Below are positions 63,671-64,000 of a DNA stretch of 64,000 bases, in pieces. The position numbers and the translations under genes are program-made. The notes below the pieces were generated by a model. That model had not been told where the DNA came from, did not search any database, and was given only the letters and a program-made list of their open reading frames with translations. The first letter of the stretch is position 1. Each line of letters starts with the position of its first letter. Source of the stretch: an uncultured Gemmatimonadales bacterium (lineage in GTDB: Bacteria > Gemmatimonadota > Gemmatimonadetes > Longimicrobiales > Gaopeijiaceae); NCBI GenBank assembly GCA_963823035.1, contig CAWGKG010000004.1, positions 32,001-96,000 of the forward strand, in the 5' to 3' direction.

Positions 63671-63857
63671 GGCCGCAGTGTGCGCCCGGTTCGCCCAGCC
63701 GCGCAACCCGGCGGCGCCACGGTCTGCCGCGGGCCCGTGACGTCGAGCCCTTCCCCGTCGTCCACCGTCCAACTGGGAAGCTCTTGCGGATTGCTACCAG
63801 CGTAAGTACTGTTTGCAAGTAAGAATAGATCGATCCATCCACGGCAAGGTGGTTCTC

Positions 63858-64000
63858 ATGGCAGGCTCGGAGAATCGTGATTTTATCTTCGAATCAGGCA
63901 ATTTGTCCCTCGATCTCGTGAATACGCGCCCCCTGTCGGCCGGCCAGATGATCGACCGGCTAACATCGGTGGAGGAGGTGGACGCCTGGCTCGCTGTGGC
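63858..64000 (+). CDS. ABATE/CGNR zinc-finger family protein, 5' fragment
   Basis: FIFESGNLSLDLVNT..DRLTS..WL N-terminal motif; runs off the window end. Confidence 0.7.
   Translation, partial: MAGSENRDFIFESGNLSLDLVNTRPLSAGQMIDRLTSVEEVDAWLAV

Noticed and set aside
1..64000. CRISPR arrays, rRNA, tRNA, transposase or phage genes
   Set aside because: None recognised by eye; the M15 peptidase resembles phage endolysins but has no phage context.

Overview
High-GC (roughly 70% by eye) bacterial DNA; gene content (ADOP permease plus PadR, ECF sigma plus Ser/Thr kinase-TPR, Vps10-like BNR proteins) suggests Gemmatimonadota or a similar phylum (inference). Bases 1-42 kb are a large flagellar and motility-signalling cluster: fliK-flgD-flgE; fliL-M-N-O/P-Q-R-flhB-flhA-flhF-flhG; fliA-orf-flgF-G-A-H-I-J-N-K-csrA; a ChpT-like gene; motAB and a degenerate hybrid kinase; a MITE; a TPR methyltransferase; fliC, a very long fliD, fliS, two FliT/FlgN-like genes; flgM-cheY-cheZ-HDOD and two hybrid kinases. 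Bases 42-64 kb are accessory or housekeeping genes. Many genes carry single-base frameshifts, most likely uncorrected long-read errors, so several apparent fusions were rejected. Best leads: (1) FliK carrying an M15 Zn peptidoglycan-peptidase domain in a cluster whose FlgJ lacks any hydrolase domain; (2) a ChpT-like phosphotransferase, a pseudo-kinase, and a CheY/CheZ/HDOD/hybrid-kinase module with no CheA in the window; (3) a readable regulatory hierarchy: two sigma54 promoters with the same upstream palindrome at matched spacing, three sigma28 promoters sharing an identical 12-mer, and a CsrA hairpin in the flagellin leader; (4) a FliO-FliP polyprotein, a ~1000 aa FliD with an internal repeat, and no flgL after flgK.
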